Source of the DNA: Chloroflexota bacterium
GTDB taxonomy: Bacteria; Chloroflexota; Anaerolineae; Aggregatilineales; J027
Reading direction: 5' to 3'
NCBI GenBank assembly: GCA_010092845.1
Contig: JAADYW010000098.1
Span: 1 to 56,183, forward strand
DNA length: 56,183 nucleotides
The notes beneath the pieces are model-generated. The model saw only the letters and a list, made by a program, of their open reading frames with translations, had not been told where the DNA came from and ran no database searches. Both the position numbers and the translations under genes were made by a program. Every line of letters begins with the position of its first letter. Position 1 is the first letter of the stretch. Of the stretch, positions 26,839 to 36,184 are shown one piece after another.

Positions 26839-27678
26839 TCAACGTGGATAAACGGCTAAGATGATGGGCAAATCGCTGAACGCCGGGATCTCAACTGGCT
26901 CATTAGGATGGGTGACATACATGGCGGTCGATTTGCCACCGTCCAGCGCTACCGCCACATCGAGTTCCAGGCCGCTGCCGAGGAGCCAGTCTTGCAGTTC
27001 ATTGAAGGTGATGTGACCGAGGAGGCCGGTTGTCATCAACAGAATGTTACCCTGGCCGTCTTCGGCGACCAGCGTGCGGCGGGCAGGATCATCGAAGCCG
27101 GGGCCAGTTGCGGCTGCAATTCCCGGGCGCTCAACGAGTACGGGAAAGGCTTGAACAGCCTGGGCATAGAATTCGCCACGATAGGGCTCCTGAACCAACG
27201 ATCGCACCCGCACCGTGCCGCTCTGTTCAACCTGGAACATACCCCCATAGCCCGCTAGTGAAATGCCATAGGTCACGCCGTCTGCCACTACCAGCCCGAT
27301 GGCGTTATTGTCCTCGGTGAAGAAACTGGCGTTAACAAATACCAGGACTTCCTGGCCAAGAGCCGCTTGCCAGGCGAAGAAGCTATTACCATCTCCCGGG
27401 AGGTAGTGGACCCGAAACTGTACCTGTTCCGGGTCGATACGGACAACGTGCATCTCAAAATCCGGGCTGCTGGCGGTAGTGACCGCAAAAGCACGATAGT
27501 CTACGCCGGCTGCAACGGATACCCAGTCTGAGGTGGCTGGCATTTCGGCGGTTGGCGTATCCCCATCTGCCGCGGGACTTGGATCGTCCGCTAAACTGGC
27601 AGTACAGGCAATCGCTACACCTAGCAGCATGAGAAGCGCCAATACTACCGGGCCTTTGAGAGAGAATCGATCTGGCAT
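26839..27678 (-). CDS. Phosphodiester glycosidase family protein (DUF2233 / NAGPA-like), membrane-anchored or secreted
   Basis: The N-terminal anchor 'GPVVLALLMLLGVAIAC' and the C-terminal 'VAVALDGGKSTAMYV' resemble the DUF2233 signature. I prefer the ATG at 27678, 1 nt after the upstream stop; the track start at 27939 would overlap the VWA gene by 260 nt. Confidence 0.65.
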   Translation of the reverse strand: MPDRFSLKGPVVLALLMLLGVAIACTASLADDPSPAADGDTPTAEMPATSDWVSVAAGVDYRAFAVTTASSPDFEMHVVRIDPEQVQFRVHYLPGDGNSFFAWQAALGQEVLVFVNASFFTEDNNAIGLVVADGVTYGISLAGYGGMFQVEQSGTVRVRSLVQEPYRGEFYAQAVQAFPVLVERPGIAAATGPGFDDPARRTLVAEDGQGNILLMTTGLLGHITFNELQDWLLGSGLELDVAVALDGGKSTAMYVTHPNEPVEIPAFSDLPIILAVYPR

Positions 27679-27679
27679 A

Positions 27680-30616
27680 TTACGAGCGTTCCCGTTTCTT
27701 CTTGAGCAGTTGGGATGCGGTCGACTTATCCCCAGCGGCAGGGCGTGCTTTCGGCGGCTCACCCGGTTTGGGCACTTGCTTCTTATCCTGCTGGGATTCC
27801 GGCTTCGATGGCTGCTGGGGATGCTTTGCCTCGCTTCTGGTATGGCGGATGGCGGTTGCCGCCGGCGCAGGCTGAGCCGCATCGCCCTCAGCGCTGCCCG
27901 CTTCTCCCTGGGCACGCTGTTTGGCCCGCATGAGATCACTCATCCGCTCAGAGTACTCGGTCTCATCGTAGCGGCTTTCGCGCCGGCCGACCAGATTGAG
28001 GACTGTCTCGCGCATGCGTTCGAGATCGCTTTGATTGATGACCAGACGCCGGACCGCGATATCGACGACCAGCAACACTGCGGCCAGTCCTAACAGGTAT
28101 GGCCACAATGGGAGGGCAGCTTCCTCTTGTTCGAGGTTATGGACAAAGGCCGAGGCGGGATTCCCGGCCAGCGAGGAGCCATTTGTGGTGCGCGAGATCT
28201 GCTGCAAGAAGACAGCGTCTGGCTCATTGACCCGGTATTCAGGTGAATAGCTGAGGACCCAGCCCGTATTCTGCGCTACGGTCGCCTCGATGGGAGCATC
28301 TTCGCTGGTCCCGCCATAAACACGGATGAAATATGCGCCCTCATCTGTTGGCTTGAAGGAGGCCTCATAACGGCCTGGGGCCACCTGGTGGAACTGCGGT
28401 GAAACTGTCTCGCGTCCAGGCAAGACGATGGCCGCTTCGAGGTCCAGCGCATTGAGATAGTTGCCGCTGTTGTCGCGGGCATCAACCACCACCACGGAGT
28501 CTTCACCACGTTCCTCGACCCAGACGTCGAGATTGCTATCCGTTCCCTCCGTGATGGTCCAGCGCACAACCTGGTTCCAGAAACGGGTGTAGTCGCCCCA
28601 GCCATTCACCCAGTTAGTGCCCCAACGCAGAGTCGCGTCCGATGTGAAGGCCACCGAACGCCCCAGGCCATATTGCCAGGAGACCAGGATCGGATCTTCT
28701 TCGGGGCCTGTCATGATGACCGTGGCGGTCTCTTTGGGTGTTGTCGCTACATAGCCTAGCAGGGGCGGCATCGTGTTCAAATCCACACCGTCAATAATCG
28801 GGCTGGGAGCGGTAATGGCGGGGGTAAAGGGTTCTTCAAAGATATACGAACGGGTCGCCAGAACAGTCTCCGCTGAGAAGATGGCGGGAATGCTCTCAAC
28901 ATCTGAGGTTGCATGGAAATTCCCGCCACCGTGAGCAGCAACATCGCGCAGCCAGGGCGCATAGTCTTCGCCAATCGCTACCACTGAGGTGGTGATATCG
29001 AAGCTATCATGCATCCGGCCGACCATGGATGTGATACCCGACGGGTTCGCGCCACCATCAGTAAGCAAGATAATGTGCTTCAGAGTGGAGGGATCGCTGG
29101 GGAGGACGCTGTCGACAGCATTTAAGCCACCAAAGATATCCGTACCACCGCCGGCGCGCAAACTGCCGACCCGATCCTCGATCTGCTGGCGGTTAGCGGC
29201 ATCCCCGATTTCCTGAATGTCGACGACCCAGAAGGCCTGGTGGTCGAACGAGACGACGCCTGCCCGGTCGTAGTTGTTGAGGAAGTTCATCGACCGCAAG
29301 ACGGCTTCCTTGGCCAACTCCAGATTGGTGAATCCACTCGGCCCGGTGATCTCCATGGAGCCAGAGCGGTCAATCACGTAGACCATTGTGAGTTGGGGGA
29401 TGCGTTCCTGATCTTTGATACGCATTTCGACGGGTAATACGTCCTCGAGTTCCGTCTCAAAATAGCCACCGACACCGTAGCTGTCCGGTCCGCCGATAGC
29501 GATCAGGCCGCCTCCCAGGTCTCGCACGTAGATTTCGAGCAGTTCCATCCGACGCGGCGTCAGATCTGCCGCCGGGACATTGACCAGAATAACGCTGCGG
29601 TAGGTGCTGAGGGGCGCCAGCCCAAGCGGCATCTGAGCAGGAGTAACCACATCGAGAAGGAGACCGGCGTCCGTCAACGCGGCCTCGAGATACTGAGTCT
29701 CCGCTGGGTCATTGGCAACCACGAGAACGCGGGGCCGGCCAGATACCTGGGTAAACGCCGAGAGCTGGTTATTCTGTTGAAAACCCTCCGCGGTTATTGG
29801 TTCCAATAGAACGCGAAAATCCACGAACTGGGCCGAAGGGAATTCGAGTGGCCCAATGGCATACTGGGTCATCCCGGGGCGTAAGGTGACCTGTGCGGTG
29901 TGGATTGCTGAACCAGCCGCCAGGATCGTCAGGTTCGCATCTGTTGGGGAATCTCCCTTATTCTCAAGTGAAACAACCAGATCGAATGGCTCGTTCTCGC
30001 CGACCACGGAGGGAACACGGACGCTGTTGACCAGCACTTCGCGGTCACGCACGATACCGAAAGGGACATAGTCGATCTGGACATCAGTTGCTGCAGCGAG
30101 CTGCGAAGCGCGCACCGCATCCCCGACCGTTTCCAGACCGTCGCTGAGGATCACCATCCGTTTAGCGGCATCTGGCGGAAATAGCGCCAGGCCCAGCCGG
30201 ATCGCCTCCGCGATATCAGTGTTTAAACGCACCGGTTCGGATCCAATCTCGTTGAGGTTCACCAGAGCATCCATCGGGTGCTCGACCAGAGCATTGGAGC
30301 CGAAGAGCACAACCGCCGCTTGATCATCCTCGCCCATTTCATCAATGGCGCGGCGTACATATTCGAGCGCTTGGCGTTGGGAGGTCTCGTCCATGCTATC
30401 AGACACGTCCACCAGGAAGACCACCGCCAGCTTATCGGCTTCGCGGCGGATTTGCAGCCCGGCCAGCGCCAGGATCAGCGTCAGAATAAGGATGATCCGT
30501 ACTACCAGGGCAACCGTGTCGCGACGACGGCGGTAGGCCAGGCGTGGCCAGCCCAGGCGCATGAAAATCGGGATTAACAGGAGCAGCAGAAAAGCATCAG
30601 GGTTTGTAAAGCTCAT
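27680..30616 (-). CDS. Large membrane protein with two VWA domains and GATase1-like spacer modules (BatB-like)
   Basis: It has an N-terminal double-TM and two MIDAS motifs: 'FLVDVSDSMD' (aa 68-76) and 'YVIDRSGSME' (aa 413-422). Flavodoxin/GATase-like segments are present ('RVLVVANDP...LIAIGG'), with a C-terminal TM 'LWPYLLGLAAVLLVVDIAV' and a basic disordered tail. Confidence 0.75.
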   Translation of the reverse strand: MSFTNPDAFLLLLLIPIFMRLGWPRLAYRRRRDTVALVVRIILILTLILALAGLQIRREADKLAVVFLVDVSDSMDETSQRQALEYVRRAIDEMGEDDQAAVVLFGSNALVEHPMDALVNLNEIGSEPVRLNTDIAEAIRLGLALFPPDAAKRMVILSDGLETVGDAVRASQLAAATDVQIDYVPFGIVRDREVLVNSVRVPSVVGENEPFDLVVSLENKGDSPTDANLTILAAGSAIHTAQVTLRPGMTQYAIGPLEFPSAQFVDFRVLLEPITAEGFQQNNQLSAFTQVSGRPRVLVVANDPAETQYLEAALTDAGLLLDVVTPAQMPLGLAPLSTYRSVILVNVPAADLTPRRMELLEIYVRDLGGGLIAIGGPDSYGVGGYFETELEDVLPVEMRIKDQERIPQLTMVYVIDRSGSMEITGPSGFTNLELAKEAVLRSMNFLNNYDRAGVVSFDHQAFWVVDIQEIGDAANRQQIEDRVGSLRAGGGTDIFGGLNAVDSVLPSDPSTLKHIILLTDGGANPSGITSMVGRMHDSFDITTSVVAIGEDYAPWLRDVAAHGGGNFHATSDVESIPAIFSAETVLATRSYIFEEPFTPAITAPSPIIDGVDLNTMPPLLGYVATTPKETATVIMTGPEEDPILVSWQYGLGRSVAFTSDATLRWGTNWVNGWGDYTRFWNQVVRWTITEGTDSNLDVWVEERGEDSVVVVDARDNSGNYLNALDLEAAIVLPGRETVSPQFHQVAPGRYEASFKPTDEGAYFIRVYGGTSEDAPIEATVAQNTGWVLSYSPEYRVNEPDAVFLQQISRTTNGSSLAGNPASAFVHNLEQEEAALPLWPYLLGLAAVLLVVDIAVRRLVINQSDLERMRETVLNLVGRRESRYDETEYSERMSDLMRAKQRAQGEAGSAEGDAAQPAPAATAIRHTRSEAKHPQQPSKPESQQDKKQVPKPGEPPKARPAAGDKSTASQLLKKKRERS

Positions 30617-30619
30617 AGC

Positions 30620-32599
30620 CTATATCCTTTGCCACCAGCGCCGATTTTTGGGTCGGCGTTGGCGGCCTTGAAGGATTTGCGGAGAAACGGGTTTAGGTTT
30701 GCGATTGAGACTGCGATGGTAGTACCACCACTCGATTCCCAGGATGAGCAGGCCGGCCGAAACCAGGAGTGTCCACAGTTCACGGCGGCCAGTTTCTTCG
30801 CGCGTTGTGCTGGCGATGGTCGTCTCGCCTTCCTGAGTCTGGACGAGAATCTCCTCAACGGGTGTGATATTGCTTTCACCAGCATCAAACAGGTTAACCG
30901 CAAAGGCGTCACTTTGGACGACCTCCCCCTCGAGGAGCACCTCAACGTGGTAGAGACCAGGATCGGAGGTGTCAGCATAGATGACCTCTGGCGCGTCTTC
31001 AAGCTCGAGCGTCGTGTCATCGCCGCCGGGTGCCTCGATGCGAACGACATCAGCGTCAGTTGTCGGCCGGACGACAATTGCCTCACCAGGCGAGAGATTG
31101 TCATCATTGATCGCGCGCTGTGGCTGGTACCATTCGTTCAGCCGGGCCATCAGAATGGGCCAGGCAGGCTGGAGTGGCAGGTTAGAATCCTGGAGGGCGA
31201 AGGTAATCACCGCGATTTGGCGCCCATCAACCTCGCCGGCCAGGACGAGTGGATCGCCCTCGGTGGTCTCGAACAAGACTGTAGCCCAGTCGATGCGCTC
31301 AAGTGTCCGGATTTTGAGGATGTCGACATTGGCGAAGTCAACAAATCGCGTGCGTTCATCCTCGCGCAGAACGCCACCAGTGAGGGAGTCGATGGTGGTT
31401 GCATTGGTCTCGCCGGTGACCTCAAAGTAATTCGTGCTCTCTGGCGGATTGATAATGAGTAGGTCGGTATCGGGCAGTGACTGGTTGGGTAGCCAGCCAT
31501 CGAAGGCCACCAGATCGTAGTCGCCACTGGGTAGCCCGCGCTCCGGGGAAGCTATTGTTACGTTTATCCCTGGCAGGGTACTGAGGCCCAACTCCAGGAA
31601 AGTGTTACCCTCCGTCATGACCAGGACCTCACCGGTTGAGGCCTCCGCATTGACCGCATAGGCAGTGTTATCGTCGTCGAGGTGGTCGGGTACATCGACC
31701 CCACTACGCGGCGTGATAATGGCCTTGAGTTCCAGGAAATCTGGTGGCAGATCTTCGACGCTGACATCAACTACGGATCGGGCTGGTACTTCGCGGAACC
31801 GCGAGTCATAGAGATCGTCGTCAAGGCGGATCTGGAAGGTGACTTCGGTGTCGCGGTCGCCGAAGTTTGTTACCTGGGCAAAAAGCTGAGGTGCTTCACC
31901 GGGCAGAGCCCGTGTCGAGAGCGCGGTGATGGCGACGTTGTCGTCGTCCTCGCCGATCTTGACGTATCTCAATTCACCGGGTAACTCCGGCAAATCCGCT
32001 GGCAAGCCACCATCGCTCAGGATAACCACGCGCAGCGATTCCACACCGCGTGATCCCGCTGAAGCGAGGGTCAAAGCCGCAGACCAGTCCGCACTGCCTT
32101 TGCCGGGCTCAGCATCGTTGATTGCGTCGCGTAATACGCTGCGATCGCGCGAGGCGGCCGCCAGTACTTCGGGCACCGCTGCTACCCGGATGACTGTCAT
32201 CGTATCGTCGGCGCCGAGTGTATCGATGGTGTCCAATGCCAGATCACGTGCGGCTTCGAAGCGCGACGCGCCACCGACATCGGTGGCGTTCATGCTGGCC
32301 GAGGCATCGAGCAACAATACCACCCGTCCGGTGACAATGGTTTCAACTTCACGATATGGTCGAGCCAGGGCCAGGACCAGGGCCGCCAATATGAGTAACT
32401 GCAACAGCAGCAACAGATTAGGGCGTAGTTTTTGCCAGGGCGCATTGGCTTCGCGATCCCGCACGAGTTGTTGCCATAGGAACGTACTGGAAATCGGCTG
32501 GTCAGTCCGACGCAGGCGCAGCATATATAACAGGAAGATCGGCACAGCTAATGCGCTGAAACCTAACAACAATGGTGAAAGAAACCCAAATCCACTCAC
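30620..32599 (-). CDS. BatA-like protein: aerotolerance-regulator N-terminal double-TM domain plus VWA domain
   Basis: The 'FLSPLLLGFSALAVPIFLLYMLRLRR' N-terminus is typical of BatA_N. The MIDAS motif is 'VLLLDASASMN', and a C-terminal TM reads 'LWTLLVSAGLLILGIEWWYY'. Confidence 0.75.
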   Translation of the reverse strand: MSGFGFLSPLLLGFSALAVPIFLLYMLRLRRTDQPISSTFLWQQLVRDREANAPWQKLRPNLLLLLQLLILAALVLALARPYREVETIVTGRVVLLLDASASMNATDVGGASRFEAARDLALDTIDTLGADDTMTVIRVAAVPEVLAAASRDRSVLRDAINDAEPGKGSADWSAALTLASAGSRGVESLRVVILSDGGLPADLPELPGELRYVKIGEDDDNVAITALSTRALPGEAPQLFAQVTNFGDRDTEVTFQIRLDDDLYDSRFREVPARSVVDVSVEDLPPDFLELKAIITPRSGVDVPDHLDDDNTAYAVNAEASTGEVLVMTEGNTFLELGLSTLPGINVTIASPERGLPSGDYDLVAFDGWLPNQSLPDTDLLIINPPESTNYFEVTGETNATTIDSLTGGVLREDERTRFVDFANVDILKIRTLERIDWATVLFETTEGDPLVLAGEVDGRQIAVITFALQDSNLPLQPAWPILMARLNEWYQPQRAINDDNLSPGEAIVVRPTTDADVVRIEAPGGDDTTLELEDAPEVIYADTSDPGLYHVEVLLEGEVVQSDAFAVNLFDAGESNITPVEEILVQTQEGETTIASTTREETGRRELWTLLVSAGLLILGIEWWYYHRSLNRKPKPVSPQILQGRQRRPKNRRWWQRI

Positions 32600-32616
32600 A
32601 ATACGCCTCGCTCACA

Positions 32617-35271
32617 CTATTCTTCAACGATGATCTCGACTGGCAACCGTGCGTGATCTGCTCCATCCTCAGCCAGGATGCGCGCCAGGGTGTCGCTCTG
32701 GGGGTCGTATAAGCCCGCGATCAAATAGGCTGCCCCCTCATAATCTTCTACTCGAAAGGTCAAGCGATGGTTGTCTACAATCACCTCATCTGGTGCCCAG
32801 CCGGTCGTTGGGCGCTGGCCTGCGGCGGGGATCTGGTCACTCTGCGCCAATAGCCGGCCTGAAGTGTCCAGTAGTTGGACAAAGGCGACGTTAGATCGTT
32901 CTGTTGGGCCAGCTGCTCGCCAGATGAGTTCGACGGCGGGCGGGTCTTCAGATGATACGTTACTCGGGTTGAGGACCGTGGCGCCGACTAGCGTGCCAAT
33001 CTCGGGAAAGACGACGTCTAACGGTGTCTCATAGGCTGGGAGATCAAACTGGCGCGTGAGGCTGACTACATCGTAGGTGGCGATTTCGTGCCCGTTGACC
33101 TCGAGTCGGACTTTCTCGCCTGGTTCTGGCGGTAACTGAAAGCGATGCCAGCTTCGTTGGGGTTGGGACGGCGCTGCAAGTTTGACGGACTGCTCCTGAA
33201 CCCAATCGTCCCCAACCAGCGCTATGGTAGCTGTGGTCTCCGGAGATACGATCAACACGGTGACGTGCAGAGGTTGTGCGCTGTCCAGTGTTCCGGGCGC
33301 CCCAGCGTTATCCGAGACCAACTGGCTGCTAGCCGGCGCTTCGTCAAGTGGCGGTCCCGAAGCAACGATTGCGGTATCGGGGCGGTAGTTGACCCCTATC
33401 GGTGCGCCATCTGGTGACAAAACATCCAATCCGTGGGGAAACGTTTCACTGTAAACGCTTAGCGTCAGCGGATAGCCATCCTCAGGGGCGGCTGGCGGAA
33501 GTTGTAGGCGATGATAGGATGACACGGTGTCACCAGCAGCCATTTGGTCGGCCGGGACTTGCTCACGGTCTCGCAAAACGGCATCAACCTGCGAGAGCTC
33601 CCAGCCCAGGGAGTTGAGAAGCCGTACAACAGTATTCAACTGCTCGTCAGGGGTTTGGAGCAGTTCCCAACGGGACCGCACACAGATTTCCCCGGCGGAT
33701 GCGCTCATCCACCCCAGATCCTCTAGCCGGATGCGCTCATAGCGCGGCGCGGCTGGGATGGGCTGTAATACCGGCTTCGTGTCAAGGGTATAGGTCTGCG
33801 TGGCCAGGCCAAAGAAGGTTTGCTCGGCGCCGATTGACTGGCTGCCGCCGGCCAGAATGCATGGGTACATCCCGCGGGTATCCGCAGGTAACTGGAACCA
33901 GGTCAAGAACGCGACCTGAGAGGGACTCTCGGCCTCGATCAGGTCAGTGAGTGTTTCCAGAAGACGCCCTTCATCACTGTGGAGTGGGATGTTCACAAAA
34001 CGTGCCTGGATCCCCATCCTCGCGGCGTAATAGTCTTGCAGGGCCGGCTCACGGTCATAGGGCACCAATATTACGGCCTCGGGTGGCAGTGCCACGTAGT
34101 AATCCGCCAGCGCAGCAAAATCGTCGTGCTGGTAGCGCCGGGTACTCTGGATGGCGCTCAGGCTATCGACTGTCAGCCAGCCACCGGCAACCACCACGAG
34201 GGACAGGGTTGCTACGATGATGCGGCGACCAGCGATGGATTGCAACACTACGGCACCCCCCACGATCAAGAGCAGTGTGGCGGGTACGACTGCGATATAG
34301 TAACGCGGATGAAAGTCGATATTGGCTTGACGGAGCAGTACGGTGCTGAAGAGCGGGACCATCCCTGCCTGGGACAGGAGCAGCCAGGCACGCCGCGAAC
34401 GGTCAAGCACGAGCAGCGTCATCGCCGCCAGAATGGTCACAATGCCAGCCAGATCGAGAAGGAGGTGATCTGCGGTCTCTTGAAGCTGAGGCAAGGCTGG
34501 TAAGAAGTAGCTGTACCAGATATCCTGGACCAATGCGCTGCCCCATTGAGGTACTGTATTGAGGGGTGTGCCGGAGGGCGATTGTGTGCTCAGCCACGGA
34601 AGATAAGCCGCCACCATCAAGAGATGCAGCCAGAACCAATTCCAGAGGCGTCGCCAGTCCTGGCGGCTCAACCAGGCCAGGCCCATCGCTACGCTGAGCC
34701 AGACGACTACCGGCACGACCAGATTATGTGTGTACAATCCCAGAATCTCGACGACAAGAATCGCAGCCCAGAGCCGGCGCGGAATGATCTGTCCGTGGCG
34801 ATAGCGCAAGATCTGCTCCGCCAGGCCAAGCAGCATCAGGGCTACCAATGGGACAGCGACATAGGCGCGCACTTCCTGGCTATATTCCCAGAGCAGCGGC
34901 GAGATCGCAACCAGGGAGCCGGCAACCCCTCCAGCCGCAGGGCCGTACCAGCGCCGGGCGATTAGTAATGTCACCGCCACCGTCAGCAACCCGATCAGCA
35001 CCGATGCAAATCGGTAGGAAAAGGGAGTTTCCCCAGTCCCCAATCGCCACAGTATATGCCCCACAGCATAATAGACAACAGGTGTATTGTCGTCTGGCGT
35101 GTTAATCGGATCGTTTATGGCCCGGATTGACCAGCCTTCGTCGTGCCAGATCGACTCGGTGTTGAGTTGCCAGACACGCAGAGCAAACCCACCTAGCAGC
35201 ACGGCAATCGCCAGCACCAGGAAAAGGCGCTGGCCAGCATCATGCTGCCGAGTGGTGTGCGTATCGATCAC
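32617..35271 (-). CDS. GT-C fold glycosyltransferase, family 39 / ArnT-PMT-like, with ~470-aa extracytoplasmic C-terminal domain
   Basis: The first-loop 'SIWHDEGWS' (DE motif) is present, with about 11-13 TM helices in the first ~400 aa followed by a soluble C-terminal region. The GTG start at 35271 overlaps the DUF58 stop (GTGA). Confidence 0.7.
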   Translation of the reverse strand: MIDTHTTRQHDAGQRLFLVLAIAVLLGGFALRVWQLNTESIWHDEGWSIRAINDPINTPDDNTPVVYYAVGHILWRLGTGETPFSYRFASVLIGLLTVAVTLLIARRWYGPAAGGVAGSLVAISPLLWEYSQEVRAYVAVPLVALMLLGLAEQILRYRHGQIIPRRLWAAILVVEILGLYTHNLVVPVVVWLSVAMGLAWLSRQDWRRLWNWFWLHLLMVAAYLPWLSTQSPSGTPLNTVPQWGSALVQDIWYSYFLPALPQLQETADHLLLDLAGIVTILAAMTLLVLDRSRRAWLLLSQAGMVPLFSTVLLRQANIDFHPRYYIAVVPATLLLIVGGAVVLQSIAGRRIIVATLSLVVVAGGWLTVDSLSAIQSTRRYQHDDFAALADYYVALPPEAVILVPYDREPALQDYYAARMGIQARFVNIPLHSDEGRLLETLTDLIEAESPSQVAFLTWFQLPADTRGMYPCILAGGSQSIGAEQTFFGLATQTYTLDTKPVLQPIPAAPRYERIRLEDLGWMSASAGEICVRSRWELLQTPDEQLNTVVRLLNSLGWELSQVDAVLRDREQVPADQMAAGDTVSSYHRLQLPPAAPEDGYPLTLSVYSETFPHGLDVLSPDGAPIGVNYRPDTAIVASGPPLDEAPASSQLVSDNAGAPGTLDSAQPLHVTVLIVSPETTATIALVGDDWVQEQSVKLAAPSQPQRSWHRFQLPPEPGEKVRLEVNGHEIATYDVVSLTRQFDLPAYETPLDVVFPEIGTLVGATVLNPSNVSSEDPPAVELIWRAAGPTERSNVAFVQLLDTSGRLLAQSDQIPAAGQRPTTGWAPDEVIVDNHRLTFRVEDYEGAAYLIAGLYDPQSDTLARILAEDGADHARLPVEIIVEE

Positions 35272-36167
35272 CGTACCACCCCGAGACGACGTAGCTCGAA
35301 GAGGATCAGTTCCTCCCAGGGCATGCTGGTTTCGACTGTCACGTAGTGAATGCCCCGCTTGAGGCAGAAATCCCCGATTTCCTCGCGCCAGGCGGTGAGT
35401 CGTTGCTGGTAGAGTTCCAACATGGGCACGTCAATTGTTACCTCCTGCGGGACGCCCGTTTCAACATCGATGAGGCGCAGATCGCCGGTAATCTCCGGAT
35501 TGACCTCATCGGGGGCAAGTGGCTGGATCAACGCGACTTCAAAACCCCGTGATTGGAGTGCGGTCAGGCCATCGCGATAATCGGGAGACATCATATCGCT
35601 AAAGAGGATGCATAATCCTGGGCGCCTGGCACGCAATGCGTAGTCACGCAGCGAAACATCGAGTATGGTTTCCCCCCGCGTATAGAATTTCTCGAGATGT
35701 TGAAGCAAGCGCATGGTGTAGCCACGACCCCGATGAGGCCCCCAGCGTTGGTTCCCGCTCTGGCGGAGTGCAGTGACTTGTACCAGGTCGCCTGTCGACA
35801 GCGACAGATAGGCCAGGCCAGCCAAGACCCGCAGCGACCAGATGAACTTGTGCTGGGCACGCTCGCCCTGGCGTGGCCAATCCATGCTCGACGACGCATC
35901 GATCAGAAAATGGACGGCCAGATCCTCCTCTTCTTCGAGGAGTTTGATAAAAGGTCGCTCAAGACGCGCATAGATATTCCAATCAACGCGCCGCAAGTCG
36001 TCGCCTTTGACGTAGTCCCGATAGTCAGCAAACTCGATGCTGGTTCCGCGTTTGGTCGAGCGACGTTCACCTTTCATGGCGCCAGCACGCACCTGATTGG
36101 CCACCAGGGTCAGGTTTTCGAATTTGCGCAGTGTTCCAGGATCAAAGATTCGAAAAGGGGTGCTCAT
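35268..36167 (-). CDS. DUF58 domain protein (MoxR-associated VWA-like)
   Basis: 'FADYRDYVKGDDLRRVDWNIYARLERPFIKLLEEE' is the DUF58 signature. A MIDAS-like 'FLIDASSSMD' is also present. Confidence 0.85.
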   Translation of the reverse strand: MSTPFRIFDPGTLRKFENLTLVANQVRAGAMKGERRSTKRGTSIEFADYRDYVKGDDLRRVDWNIYARLERPFIKLLEEEEDLAVHFLIDASSSMDWPRQGERAQHKFIWSLRVLAGLAYLSLSTGDLVQVTALRQSGNQRWGPHRGRGYTMRLLQHLEKFYTRGETILDVSLRDYALRARRPGLCILFSDMMSPDYRDGLTALQSRGFEVALIQPLAPDEVNPEITGDLRLIDVETGVPQEVTIDVPMLELYQQRLTAWREEIGDFCLKRGIHYVTVETSMPWEELILFELRRLGVVR

Positions 36168-36184
36168 GATAACTGTCCTTAGGG

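Noticed and set aside
27679-27939. The N-terminal extension of the DUF2233 ORF (track start 27939) overlaps the 3' end of the 978-aa VWA gene by 260 nt.
   Set aside because: The extension is Arg/Ser/Pro-rich with no hydrophobic signal. The ATG at 27678 is followed at once by a signal-anchor sequence and sits 1 nt after the upstream stop, so the extension is an out-of-frame read-through of the neighbouring gene.
30629-32633. Plus-strand ORFs of 277, 149, 100 and 235 aa antisense to the BatA-like VWA gene.
   Set aside because: These are typical stop-poor antisense frames of a GC-rich gene, with Ser/Arg/Ala-rich translations and no start context. The minus-strand protein has BatA_N and MIDAS motifs.
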